The notes under the pieces: model-generated | What the model was told of the DNA's origin: nothing | Databases searched by the model: none | The model's input: the letters and a program-made list of their open reading frames with translations, nothing else | From: Minisyncoccota bacterium | Lineage (GTDB): Bacteria > Patescibacteriota > Minisyncoccia > Phycocordibacterales > CAIRYW01 | Assembly: GCA_036517135.1 (NCBI GenBank) | Contig: DATDXX010000051.1 | Coordinates: 1 to 41,747 of the forward strand | DNA: 41,747 nucleotides | Direction of reading: 5' to 3' | Position numbers and translations under genes: made by a program | Part shown: positions 16,146 to 23,640 of the stretch, piece after piece | Layout: every line of letters begins with the position of its first letter | Numbering within the stretch: the stretch's first letter is position 1

Positions 16146-16748
16146 ATGAACTCGTTTGAAAAGCTAAAAGAATTATTCAGGGATTTTCCGGGTATTGGAC
16201 CGCGACAAGCAGAGAGATTCGCATATTTTTTACTTGCTAAAAACCCTGCCTATATTGAAGAATTAAAATCGCTACTAGGCGAGCTCAAAAAGGATGTGGC
16301 GCAATGTAAGGAATGCATGCGATATTTCGCCAAGAAGAGCGGAGGCACTCTCTGTCCTATTTGTATAGATGAAAGTAGAGATGAGGCGCTTCTGATACTC
16401 GTAGCCAAGGATAGCGACCTTTTAACAATAGAAAAAAGTGGGGCATTCAAAGGCAAATATTTCATCCTTGGTGGACTCGTGCCGATATTGGAAAAGGAAC
16501 CGACGAAAAAAATCCGCCTCGCTTCACTATTATCTTTAATCCAAAAAAGAAAAAGTGTAAAAGAGATAATCTTGGCTCTTTCCGCCACACATGAAGGCGA
16601 AAACACGGAAGAGATACTAAAAAAATCAATCACAGAAATCGCCCCTCAAATCAAAATTTCTCACCTCGGTCGCGGTCTCTCCACCGGCCTTGAAATAGAA
16701 TATTCCGATAGCGACACCATCAAAGCCGCGTTGGAAAACAAGAGGTAA
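16146..16748 (+). CDS. recR: Recombination protein RecR
   Basis: FPGIGPRQAERFAYFL (HhH), C4 zinc finger CKECMRY..CPIC, Toprim-like C-terminus. Confidence 0.9.
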   Translation: MNSFEKLKELFRDFPGIGPRQAERFAYFLLAKNPAYIEELKSLLGELKKDVAQCKECMRYFAKKSGGTLCPICIDESRDEALLILVAKDSDLLTIEKSGAFKGKYFILGGLVPILEKEPTKKIRLASLLSLIQKRKSVKEIILALSATHEGENTEEILKKSITEIAPQIKISHLGRGLSTGLEIEYSDSDTIKAALENKR

Positions 16749-16776
16749 ACATTTTCAACGACCGTTGAAAATGTTT
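16747..16776 (+). terminator. 13-bp hairpin overlapping the recR stop (possible terminator, poor U-tract)
   Basis: aaacattttcaac-gacc-gttgaaaatgttt. Confidence 0.4.
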
Positions 16777-16785
16777 ACCTTGTGG

Positions 16786-16819
16786 AATAAAAAAGACCGA
16801 CATCAGAGTTTGATGTCGG
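16786..16819 (-). terminator. Intrinsic terminator of the minus-strand gene 16843-17415
   Basis: Minus strand ccgacatca-aactc-tgatgtcgg followed by tcttttttatt. Confidence 0.7.
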
Positions 16820-16842
16820 TGGAGCGAGTGTCGCCGCAGGAT

Positions 16843-17415
16843 TCAGGATTCGGCTGGAAGCGGAATGGCTGAATCGATCCTAGGATGACTTTGCTCGTGC
16901 TTATCCTCCCAGGTGATCTGGTCCGATGTCGGATGGAATGAAAGCTCGGGAAATTCACCCGATTGGAAAACAAGAAAACACCCTTCGCTCAAGGATTTTG
17001 CTCGGGAATGGTCCTTGCTCTTGCACGCTTCCAGGAGCTCTCGAGAGAGATTTGCCGGCCTGAATACATAGCGATACATGTTCCCAGAATCCCAGGAAGC
17101 TACCATGCTTTCAGAGTTTACCTCCGCTTTCCACATGCAGAGCATGGGCAATTCCTTGCTATACATGCCAGCAAATTGGGCAAAATAGATCCCTGCCTCT
17201 GGCAATAACTCATTTGGGTCCAGCATGAAAGCTTTGTTTCTGAGATAGGCATCTTGTGCCATAGAACTAAGCCAAAGCGAGAGCCAAATGATAATGCCAC
17301 TCAGAATGAGCATGTATTGAGTCGCATATGGGTGTGGAAAACTTCGCGTGGCGAAGTAGCACACAGCAAAGACGACGACAAGAAAAGTCCACCAAATAAT
17401 ATTTCGAAGCTTCAT
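16843..17415 (-). CDS. Hypothetical membrane protein (two predicted TM helices)
   Basis: MKLRNIIWWTFLVVVFAVCYF..MLILSGIIIWLSLWLS. ATG at 17415 preferred over GTG at 17436. No recognisable domain. Confidence 0.55.
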   Translation of the reverse strand: MKLRNIIWWTFLVVVFAVCYFATRSFPHPYATQYMLILSGIIIWLSLWLSSMAQDAYLRNKAFMLDPNELLPEAGIYFAQFAGMYSKELPMLCMWKAEVNSESMVASWDSGNMYRYVFRPANLSRELLEACKSKDHSRAKSLSEGCFLVFQSGEFPELSFHPTSDQITWEDKHEQSHPRIDSAIPLPAES

Positions 17416-17583
17416 TGGATAATAATGGGTGTGCACCTACGATTTCAACGAACGATATCCTCAAGCCGAGAGGATAGCATTGCGCTAAAACCTCGGGTGG
17501 GATTGAATTAAAAGTAGATTACCTCTATTTTAGGATTTGTCAAACACAACCACCCTCAATCCCCTCCTTGACTAAGGCGGGGA

Positions 17584-17617
17584 TGAAAATAAAATCTCCT
17601 CCTTGGATAAGGAGGAG
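17584..17617 (-). terminator. Intrinsic terminator after rplU
   Basis: Minus strand ctcctcctt-atcc-aaggaggag followed by attttatttt. Confidence 0.7.
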
Positions 17618-17639
17618 TGGCGAAGCTGAGGTGGTTGGA

Positions 17640-18002
17640 CTATTTGAGCCCCGTAATCTTTACCTTAAAAAACGGCTGTCTGTGCCCGCTCTTTTTGAAA
17701 TATCGGCTCTTCTGCTTGTATTTAACGACGCTTACTTTGCCTGCTCTGCCGATTTGTGTGAGCTCTGCAAGGACTTTCGCGCCATCAATATAAGGCGTCC
17801 CAATCGTAGAATTGGCGCCATCATCCACAAGAAGCACCTTGTCGAAAGTAAGCTTATCACCCTCCTTGTGCTCGCCTTTTATTTTCTCAATATTTAAAAC
17901 ATCGCCCACAGCCACTTTGTACTGCTTGCCACCAGTAGCAATTACGGCAAATTCTGCTGTATTTTCTTTTGGATTTTCTGTTTTTTCTCCCTTTTTAGGC
18001 AT
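17640..18002 (-). CDS. rplU: 50S ribosomal protein L21 (with a short lysine/glutamate-rich N-terminal extension)
   Basis: FAVIATGGKQYKVAVGDVLNIEKI..KVLLV..IGTPYIDGAKV..GRAGKVSVVKYKQKSRYFKKSGHRQPFFKVKI. A -10-like TAAAAT lies 7 nt upstream of the ATG. Confidence 0.92.
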   Translation of the reverse strand: MPKKGEKTENPKENTAEFAVIATGGKQYKVAVGDVLNIEKIKGEHKEGDKLTFDKVLLVDDGANSTIGTPYIDGAKVLAELTQIGRAGKVSVVKYKQKSRYFKKSGHRQPFFKVKITGLK

Positions 18003-18038
18003 AGGGAGTATTTTACCTATTTCAGACTAAAAAGCAAA

Positions 18039-18605
18039 TTATGATAAAAGTGATTTTGCAAATGTTTCCAGATCAGTTCCAACAAGCACAGCGTCTGCCT
18101 CAGGATCAATGTCGTTTTTGGTTTTGATATTGCTTGCTTGGCATAGCCATACGCTCGGACGCATTTTTCGTACATTTGAGAAATGTTCCCGCTTTTGCGG
18201 CTCGGTTTTGTTTATTAGTGCACGCAGGTCACGCGAATTCCAAACCATTTTGAATTCTTTTGGAATATTTAAAAATTCTGCAATATCATACGGCTCTATC
18301 AAACATTTGTCTTGATGTACTTCTGGAATCCGCCCAACAACAAGCGCATAATCAGCACCCATTTGAATTGCGCGCCTGACATCGTCATCTGTCTCATGCA
18401 GACCCTTGGCAAGTATCGGCTTTTCAGTACGAGCCCTAGTTTTGGCTATTAGATCAAATGATCCTCCCCAAAGCGCGTTGGTATGGATTGATATCCAATC
18501 GCCTACTGTGTCAGCAATATCAAAAAGTTCGTCCCAGCTCTTATCTGACCTAAAAGTTGGAGACTCTGGCTTAACTTCCGCGATGATTATCGGCTTTTTA
18601 GGCAT
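18039..18605 (-). CDS. Compact indole-3-glycerol-phosphate synthase (TrpC/IGPS)-family protein, 188 aa
   Basis: IIAEVKPESP, ISIHT..GGS, PILAKG, GADYALVV, LIEP, WNSRDL, ADAVLVGTDL align block-by-block with IGPS motifs from memory. The start codon directly follows the rmuC stop. Confidence 0.6.
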   Translation of the reverse strand: MPKKPIIIAEVKPESPTFRSDKSWDELFDIADTVGDWISIHTNALWGGSFDLIAKTRARTEKPILAKGLHETDDDVRRAIQMGADYALVVGRIPEVHQDKCLIEPYDIAEFLNIPKEFKMVWNSRDLRALINKTEPQKREHFSNVRKMRPSVWLCQASNIKTKNDIDPEADAVLVGTDLETFAKSLLS

Positions 18606-19664
18606 TTACGCTTCTTCTTGTTCCGGCTTCTCTATGAGCTCCACATCAAAGCCGATGCCTTTTTCTTTGTCAGTGATGCGCATGACATCTTTGTCTATTT
18701 TTTTGAATTCCTTGCTTGAATCGTTGAATTGATTTACTACTGTCCCCAGCGAGCGCCCCAGCTTCTCGTGGCTGTCAGAATACTTCCGAAGATGCATCAC
18801 AAGCTCCCCTACTCTCTTTATGATGTCTTTGGCCGTTTCCTCTATCTGCATTGCTTTGAGGCCCTGAAGCACGGTCTGGAGATACGCCAAGAAGGATGTG
18901 GGTGAGACGATGATAACCCTATACTTCCCTGCCGCGCGCTGGATGAGATTTTCTTCTTCGGACACGCCCACTTTGCCGACAAGCAGATCATAATAAATCG
19001 CCTCGTGTGGGATAAACATGAAAGCGAAATCCATCGTATCCTCCGATGGTTTTATGTATTTGGATGTCTCTACGATTCTATTCTTCAAATCATTTTCAAA
19101 AAGCTTTTGGAGCTTCTCTTTCTCGGCTGGATTTTTCTCTTCCACGATTCTATTGTAATTTTCAAGCGAGAATTTGGAATCGACGGGAATTATCTTGTCC
19201 TTCACAAATACCACCGCATCTACAATCGAGCCATCTTTAAAAGCATACTGCATTTTGTAGGAGTCAGGAGGCAGGACATTTTTGAGAAGCGTCTCCAGAT
19301 AGTACTCCCCTATTATTCCTCTCTGCTTTGGATTTTTGAAAATATCCTGGAGATTCTGCAATTGGTCCGCGAAAGACACCACTTGTCTATTCGTCTCGTC
19401 AAGCTTGGTGAGCCCTACCGTCACATCCTTTATCATCTTTTGTGATTCGGAAAATTGGGTCTTCATAGAGTCCCGCATCATCACTGTGGTATCTCGCATC
19501 TTGTCGTCCACCACCTTTGAAAGAGAGCTTAGTTGGTCTTGGAGGAGCTTGAAGCCCATATGCTCATCCTCCGGCTTTTTGCGGAGCTGCACGCGTAGGA
19601 CTATGAATATATTGAGTGCGACAAGAATCCCGACTACGATGAGCAATAAAACCGTAATATTCAT
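18606..19664 (-). CDS. rmuC: DNA recombination protein RmuC
   Basis: N-terminal TM, long coiled-coil region, FAFMFIPHEAIYYDLL and VIIVSPTSFLAYL nuclease-domain blocks. Confidence 0.85.
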   Translation of the reverse strand: MNITVLLLIVVGILVALNIFIVLRVQLRKKPEDEHMGFKLLQDQLSSLSKVVDDKMRDTTVMMRDSMKTQFSESQKMIKDVTVGLTKLDETNRQVVSFADQLQNLQDIFKNPKQRGIIGEYYLETLLKNVLPPDSYKMQYAFKDGSIVDAVVFVKDKIIPVDSKFSLENYNRIVEEKNPAEKEKLQKLFENDLKNRIVETSKYIKPSEDTMDFAFMFIPHEAIYYDLLVGKVGVSEEENLIQRAAGKYRVIIVSPTSFLAYLQTVLQGLKAMQIEETAKDIIKRVGELVMHLRKYSDSHEKLGRSLGTVVNQFNDSSKEFKKIDKDVMRITDKEKGIGFDVELIEKPEQEEA

Positions 19665-19679
19665 GATAGAATTATAGCA
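19662..19679 (-). promoter_or_regulatory. Leaderless-type promoter: TGcTATAAT-N6-ATG of rmuC
   Basis: Minus strand tgc tataat tctatc ATG. The -10 lies within the 14-nt divergent gap and the TG overlaps the first bases of the GatB/YqeY ATG. Confidence 0.55.
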
Positions 19680-19681
19680 TG
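19664..19681 (+). promoter_or_regulatory. Leaderless-type promoter: TGaTAGAAT-N6-ATG of the GatB/YqeY-domain gene
   Basis: tga tagaat tatagc ATG(19679). Interdigitated with the rmuC promoter on the other strand. Confidence 0.55.
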
Positions 19682-20125
19682 CAAGAAAAAATCAAGGCAA
19701 AAATAAAGGAATCAATGCTAGCCAAGGACACTTTGGCGCTAAATGTCTATAGGGGCATCTCTGCGGCATTCACAAGCGAAGTGATGGCCAAGGGCAAGAC
19801 CCCGCAAGACGCTCTTTCTGATGAAGATTGTATAGTGGTACTAAAGCGCCTCGCCAAGCAAAGAAAGGATTCAATAGAGCAATTCATAAAGGGGGCTAGG
19901 CAAGACCTAGCTGATAGTGAGAAGGCTGAGCTTCTGATAATAGAGACGCTTCTCCCAAAAATGCTCGGCAAAGATGAGATAAAAAAGGTAGCAGAAGCCA
20001 AAAAAATTGAGCTTGGTGTTACTGATAAATCTAAGATCGGTATTCTTGTCGGAGCAGTTATGAAAGAGTTAAAAGGCCAAGCTGATGGTAGTGAGGTGAA
20101 AAATGTGGTTGAGTCATTATTTTAA
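19679..20125 (+). CDS. GatB/YqeY domain-containing protein
   Basis: IKESMLAKDTLALNVYRGISAAF..VLKRLAKQRKDSIEQF..VMKELKGQADGSEV, typical of the YqeY family. 148 aa. Confidence 0.8.
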   Translation: MQEKIKAKIKESMLAKDTLALNVYRGISAAFTSEVMAKGKTPQDALSDEDCIVVLKRLAKQRKDSIEQFIKGARQDLADSEKAELLIIETLLPKMLGKDEIKKVAEAKKIELGVTDKSKIGILVGAVMKELKGQADGSEVKNVVESLF

Positions 20126-20147
20126 TCATGATACTGATTATTAAATA

Positions 20148-20189
20148 ACATACACACATAACATGCTATAGCATGTTATGTGTGTATGT
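20148..20189. terminator. 42-nt perfect palindrome; bidirectional terminator between convergent genes
   Basis: acatacacacataacatgcta|tagcatgttatgtgtgtatgt, followed by gtcttttctt on +. Confidence 0.6.
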
Positions 20190-20214
20190 GTCTTTTCTTG
20201 CTCAATTTAAAAAC

Positions 20215-20565
20215 TTAAACGGTAGGAGTAGTCTGATTTCTTTTCCAGAACCAGTATCCAAGCCACGCGAGAAGCACGACAGCCGCGCCTCCAAGAACCA
20301 ATACCCTCTTATCTGTACTTGCAAGTGCGCTGCCCTCCGTTTCCAGCATTACTGAATCGTCCTGTATCTGTGTGTCTCCTGAGTTTGCACTTCCAACTGT
20401 ATTGCCTGCCGTTCCAGCATTTGTGTTTGAAGTAACACTCGTTTGCCCCTGTGAAGAGCCTGAAGTGCCTCCAAAATCGTCAAAACCTCCTCCCGCTAAG
20501 ACCAAACCTCCAGATGTGAGTAATACTAATGTTAGAACCGTCGCGTAAATATATGATGTTTTCAT
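20215..20565 (-). CDS. Secreted low-complexity Gly/Ser/Thr-rich protein with C-terminal TM anchor
   Basis: Signal-like MKTSYIYATVLTLVLLTSGGLVLA, G/S/T/N-rich middle, C-terminal VLVLGGAAVVLLAWLGYWFWKR. Confidence 0.55.
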   Translation of the reverse strand: MKTSYIYATVLTLVLLTSGGLVLAGGGFDDFGGTSGSSQGQTSVTSNTNAGTAGNTVGSANSGDTQIQDDSVMLETEGSALASTDKRVLVLGGAAVVLLAWLGYWFWKRNQTTPTV

Positions 20566-20639
20566 AAGCTTATTTATCTTTTAATATAACCTAAAATAGG
20601 TCAGAAAAGGACGAAAAGCAAACACTACCATAAGCCCAT

Positions 20640-20804
20640 TTATTCTTCAACTCCAGAGTCCAAGTCCTTAGCGTCGTCAATGGACATTACAAATCCGCAT
20701 TTCTCACATTCTAATTCATTTCCATTATCAATAGATTCAAGCATGTTACCGCCGCACTCAGGACACGCAACGAGGTCCTCTTTTGGACTTTCCTCATCAT
20801 CCAT
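20640..20804 (-). CDS. Small zinc-ribbon protein (54 aa), not in the ORF track (<60 aa)
   Basis: Hand translation MDDEESPKEDLVACPECGGNMLESIDNGNELECEKCGFVMSIDDAKDLDSGVEE*. Two CxxC pairs, ATG start, good promoter upstream. Confidence 0.55.
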   Translation of the reverse strand: MDDEESPKEDLVACPECGGNMLESIDNGNELECEKCGFVMSIDDAKDLDSGVEE

Positions 20805-20813
20805 AGTGTTGGT

Positions 20814-20844
20814 ATTTTATCATAAATCAAGATAAACATGTCAA
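20814..20844 (-). promoter_or_regulatory. Sigma70-like promoter for the zinc-ribbon ORF (TTGACA ... TGaTAAAAT)
   Basis: Minus strand TTGACA (20844-20839), ~19-nt spacer, TGaTAAAAT (20822-20814), 9 nt, ATG. Confidence 0.45.
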
Positions 20845-20853
20845 CCCTAAATT

Positions 20854-21402
20854 TTATTTTTTGCAGACACTACTGTTGTGTATTGAGAAATAAAGCTCTT
20901 TCTCTGGTTCATCGTTTCCATTATCACTAGGAGCTATTGCAAAAGCATGGGCAGCTTCTACCTCTGCTTGCAAGCAATTGTTTAAGCTAAGAAAAGCTTT
21001 AGCTCTCTGGGTCCAAAAATAGGGATCGCAATACCACACACCACTATCACTCAAATATTTATCGCCCATTGCTATTACTTCCTCATACTTCTTTTCCTCC
21101 ATTAAACGCGAGATCTCCAGGTCATTAGCACTCTCACTTTTGGGTTCAAATAGATAGTCCTCACATCCTAGAAATTCTTTAGGATATTTATCTGTATAGT
21201 TTCTAATTATATCTTTATACTCTGTATCTCCCACAAGCTCTTCAACTCTTGAATTAAAGTATTGTTTTGCCCATTCAGGCGTGTATGTTATTTCTTGATT
21301 TAATTTAATTAATTTATCATTGAAATTTATATAAACCCAAAGAGCTAGTAACAAAAAAAATACAATCAATAACCACCAACTGTACTTTGTAAATTTTTCC
21401 AT
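20854..21402 (-). CDS. Hypothetical membrane-anchored protein (182 aa), helical-repeat-like ectodomain with 4 Cys
   Basis: N-terminal TM WWLLIVFFLLLALWVYI. No recognisable catalytic motif. AT-rich gene. Confidence 0.55.
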   Translation of the reverse strand: MEKFTKYSWWLLIVFFLLLALWVYINFNDKLIKLNQEITYTPEWAKQYFNSRVEELVGDTEYKDIIRNYTDKYPKEFLGCEDYLFEPKSESANDLEISRLMEEKKYEEVIAMGDKYLSDSGVWYCDPYFWTQRAKAFLSLNNCLQAEVEAAHAFAIAPSDNGNDEPEKELYFSIHNSSVCKK

Positions 21403-21411
21403 TTAGATTAT

Positions 21412-22056
21412 TTAGTTTTGTTTAAATTTAAGATTTTTCATCAAATTTTCTGCCATCAATCTCTTTGCTTTGATTTTTACCTTTCTTCTATGAATTTCTG
21501 TTATCGCCCCAACCTTTCCGCTATTTCTTAAATGTCTATCCAGCTGAATCCTATATTTGATTGCTAAATTAATGATTCCGTTAAATCTAATCTTGGCGAC
21601 TTCTTTTTTTTTATTAATAAAATAAATATACTCTACTCTGCAGAGTTTTGTATATTGTTTCCAAAAATTCAAATTCAAAATAAAGCAGTCAAGTAAAACC
21701 TGATAAATGCCATTCATTTTGTATTTCTGGTCCCTTTTTCCTCCCCAATAGCCACAACCGATTGCCCAACAAATACAAAAGTACTGGCTCCGATAAAAAT
21801 TTTTATTCTTCATTTTTTCCGGACGATACACAAGTGGTGCTACCGTCAGTCCGGCAATAGCGGCAGCTGATGGTCCTCTGATATACTTGGCTTCTATCAG
21901 TAGAACCCTATTTTTGTGTTCAACTTGCAAATCCCACCCGGTCGCTGATCTTCCCGTACGTGGTTTATGCTTTACCTCCCAATAAGCTCCAGACAGTTTG
22001 CGGCTCTGAAAATATTTTTCTAGAGGATTTACTACAAATTTTTCTTCTTTGGTCAT
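21412..22056 (-). CDS. Hypothetical protein with PD-(D/E)xK nuclease-like motif
   Basis: GWDLQVEHKNRVLLIEAKY fits D-x(n)-E-x-K of restriction-endonuclease-fold proteins. Basic C-terminus. AT-rich. Confidence 0.5.
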   Translation of the reverse strand: MTKEEKFVVNPLEKYFQSRKLSGAYWEVKHKPRTGRSATGWDLQVEHKNRVLLIEAKYIRGPSAAAIAGLTVAPLVYRPEKMKNKNFYRSQYFCICWAIGCGYWGGKRDQKYKMNGIYQVLLDCFILNLNFWKQYTKLCRVEYIYFINKKKEVAKIRFNGIINLAIKYRIQLDRHLRNSGKVGAITEIHRRKVKIKAKRLMAENLMKNLKFKQN

Positions 22057-22124
22057 AAAAATTGTTTAAAATTATTTAATCACTTCCTCAATAACAACAT
22101 CTTAAATCTCGCAAATTTACACTT

Positions 22125-22196
22125 TGACCTCACCGGGAATCGAACCCGGATTACTGCCTTGAGAAGGCAGTGTCCTAACCGTTAGACGATGAGGCC
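22125..22196 (-). tRNA. tRNA-Glu (anticodon CTC)
   Basis: Minus strand GGCCTCA TC GTCT AACGGTTA GGAC A CTGCC TTCTCAA GGCAG TAAT CCGGG TTCGATT CCCGG TGAGGTC A. Full cloverleaf; CCA not encoded. Confidence 0.9.
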
Positions 22197-22266
22197 ACAT
22201 TTGAGCTTTAGGAAATACCAAAAGCAGAAAAACTATAGCAAATTTGGGGAGATTTTCAAAATAAGC

Positions 22267-23340
22267 TTATGGGTAGAATTCTTCACGAGGGTCCCAGATT
22301 TTTCTCCAGTAATCATTATATTCATCTTTATTGGTAAACTGTTTCCATGTCCGCCAGCCCTCGTCCAAAGTCTTGCCTTTAACAGCGGCAAGCAATTTTT
22401 GTGTCGGCCTCCAATCCAAAGAAAGTAAATCACAAACTTTATCGAAGCAAAAACATCTTATCCAAACGGCCTTTTCAAGCAACTGTTCTTCAGGTAATTC
22501 AGTTAGGTAAATCCATTGCCTTGACCCTTCCTCCCCAAGATTTTGGGTTAAGTTTTTAATGATACTCATATCAGTCACAGATTTTCCATCAATTATTATC
22601 TTCCACTCTTTCAAACCACTTATCACATCTCCCTCGTATTGAGTATGGCATGCAATAAGATCAGTTCTGAACTTCACTCCTTCATATATTACTAGGAGAT
22701 CAATTTTTTCGCATTTAGAATTTACATTTGGCCAGATTTCAGTTGGCTTGAGATGTCGCATTTCCTTTATAACCAAGATTTTCCCGTTGCCTAAATCATA
22801 TGGTCCCCAGTTCTCCACTGCCTTGCCCATATAAAAATCCAGATAGAGTGCGGCGCCTAAATTGTAAGCAGAATTATAAAGCTTGCCGAATTCGCGAGCG
22901 ATTTCGGGCGTCCCTTTATTGAATTCTCCTTCATTAATAATCTGCTTTATTGCTAGAGAAGAATGCCTCTTGGTGCTGCCGTTAAGGCCGAATAAATCCC
23001 CTTGCGGCATTTGAGCTTTTAGCAATTGGTAGAAAAAGTCCGCGACTTTAAGGCGTTTCTCAATCGGCCATTTTGCTGTTTTCAGATCCTCTGTTACAAA
23101 CAATAAATGTTCCCTGCATAAATCCGGTTCAAAACATTTTGCGAGTTCTGTATAAGACACTTTCTGTCTTTCTGCTTCTCCTATGATATTCCATAGCCAA
23201 TCTAACCACTCTTTTGCTATCAATGGCTGAAAATGCCTCCATGACGTCGGCTGCAGAGTCGACAAATCCATAAAGCCAATCGACTCTTGAAGAGCGTCAA
23301 GATATTCATCAAGCCACAAAAATTTCTCCTGTTGTTCCAT
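22267..23340 (-). CDS. Unknown-function protein, partner B of swivel-domain module 2 (357 aa; paralogue of 23641-24735)
   Basis: Shares with its paralogue W[LI]DE[YF], GPY, E[IL]WP, LVIY, [AG]CHT and DW[RK]PT blocks in the same order. I saw no ATP-grasp or PEP/pyruvate TIM-barrel motifs. Confidence 0.7.
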   Translation of the reverse strand: MEQQEKFLWLDEYLDALQESIGFMDLSTLQPTSWRHFQPLIAKEWLDWLWNIIGEAERQKVSYTELAKCFEPDLCREHLLFVTEDLKTAKWPIEKRLKVADFFYQLLKAQMPQGDLFGLNGSTKRHSSLAIKQIINEGEFNKGTPEIAREFGKLYNSAYNLGAALYLDFYMGKAVENWGPYDLGNGKILVIKEMRHLKPTEIWPNVNSKCEKIDLLVIYEGVKFRTDLIACHTQYEGDVISGLKEWKIIIDGKSVTDMSIIKNLTQNLGEEGSRQWIYLTELPEEQLLEKAVWIRCFCFDKVCDLLSLDWRPTQKLLAAVKGKTLDEGWRTWKQFTNKDEYNDYWRKIWDPREEFYP

Positions 23341-23638
23341 TTACGATTATTTTTTGGCCATCTTGTAATTTACTCGTTGCCTCTTTTGTATTCACCACGC
23401 ATGGAATGCCAAGTTCTCTCGAGATTATTGAAGGATGAGAAGTAATGCCGCCAATATCGCAGACGATAGCGGATGCCTCATTCATTATCATCACCATTGT
23501 GGGATCGGTGATTTTAGTTACAAGCACGTTTCCTTCTTTAAATTTATTAAAATCGGCCCTGCTGTTAATGACACAAACAGCACCTTCCGCTGTACCGGCA
23601 GAAGTTCCCATCCCTTTCAGTACAATTTCATTACTCAT
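23309..23638 (-). CDS. Stand-alone PEP-utilizing-enzyme mobile (swivel phosphohistidine) domain protein 2 (109 aa)
   Basis: LVTKITDPTMVMIMNEASAIVCDIGGITSHPSIISRELGIPCVVNTKEAT..G..I.V.G.TGEIF is the canonical PEP-utilizers pattern (TdP..., GG.TSH, RE.GIP.V). Confidence 0.85.
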   Translation of the reverse strand: MSNEIVLKGMGTSAGTAEGAVCVINSRADFNKFKEGNVLVTKITDPTMVMIMNEASAIVCDIGGITSHPSIISRELGIPCVVNTKEATSKLQDGQKIIVNGTTGEIFVA

Positions 23639-23640
23639 GA

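Noticed and set aside
17568-17897. + strand 109-aa ORF
   Set aside because: It begins inside the rplU terminator structure and is antisense to rplU.
20130-22124. Integrated element with att repeats flanking tRNA-Glu
   Set aside because: I found no direct repeat of the tRNA 3' half (e.g. caccgggaatcgaacc) downstream and no integrase gene. Only compositional and positional hints remain, and these are reported as a low-interest finding.
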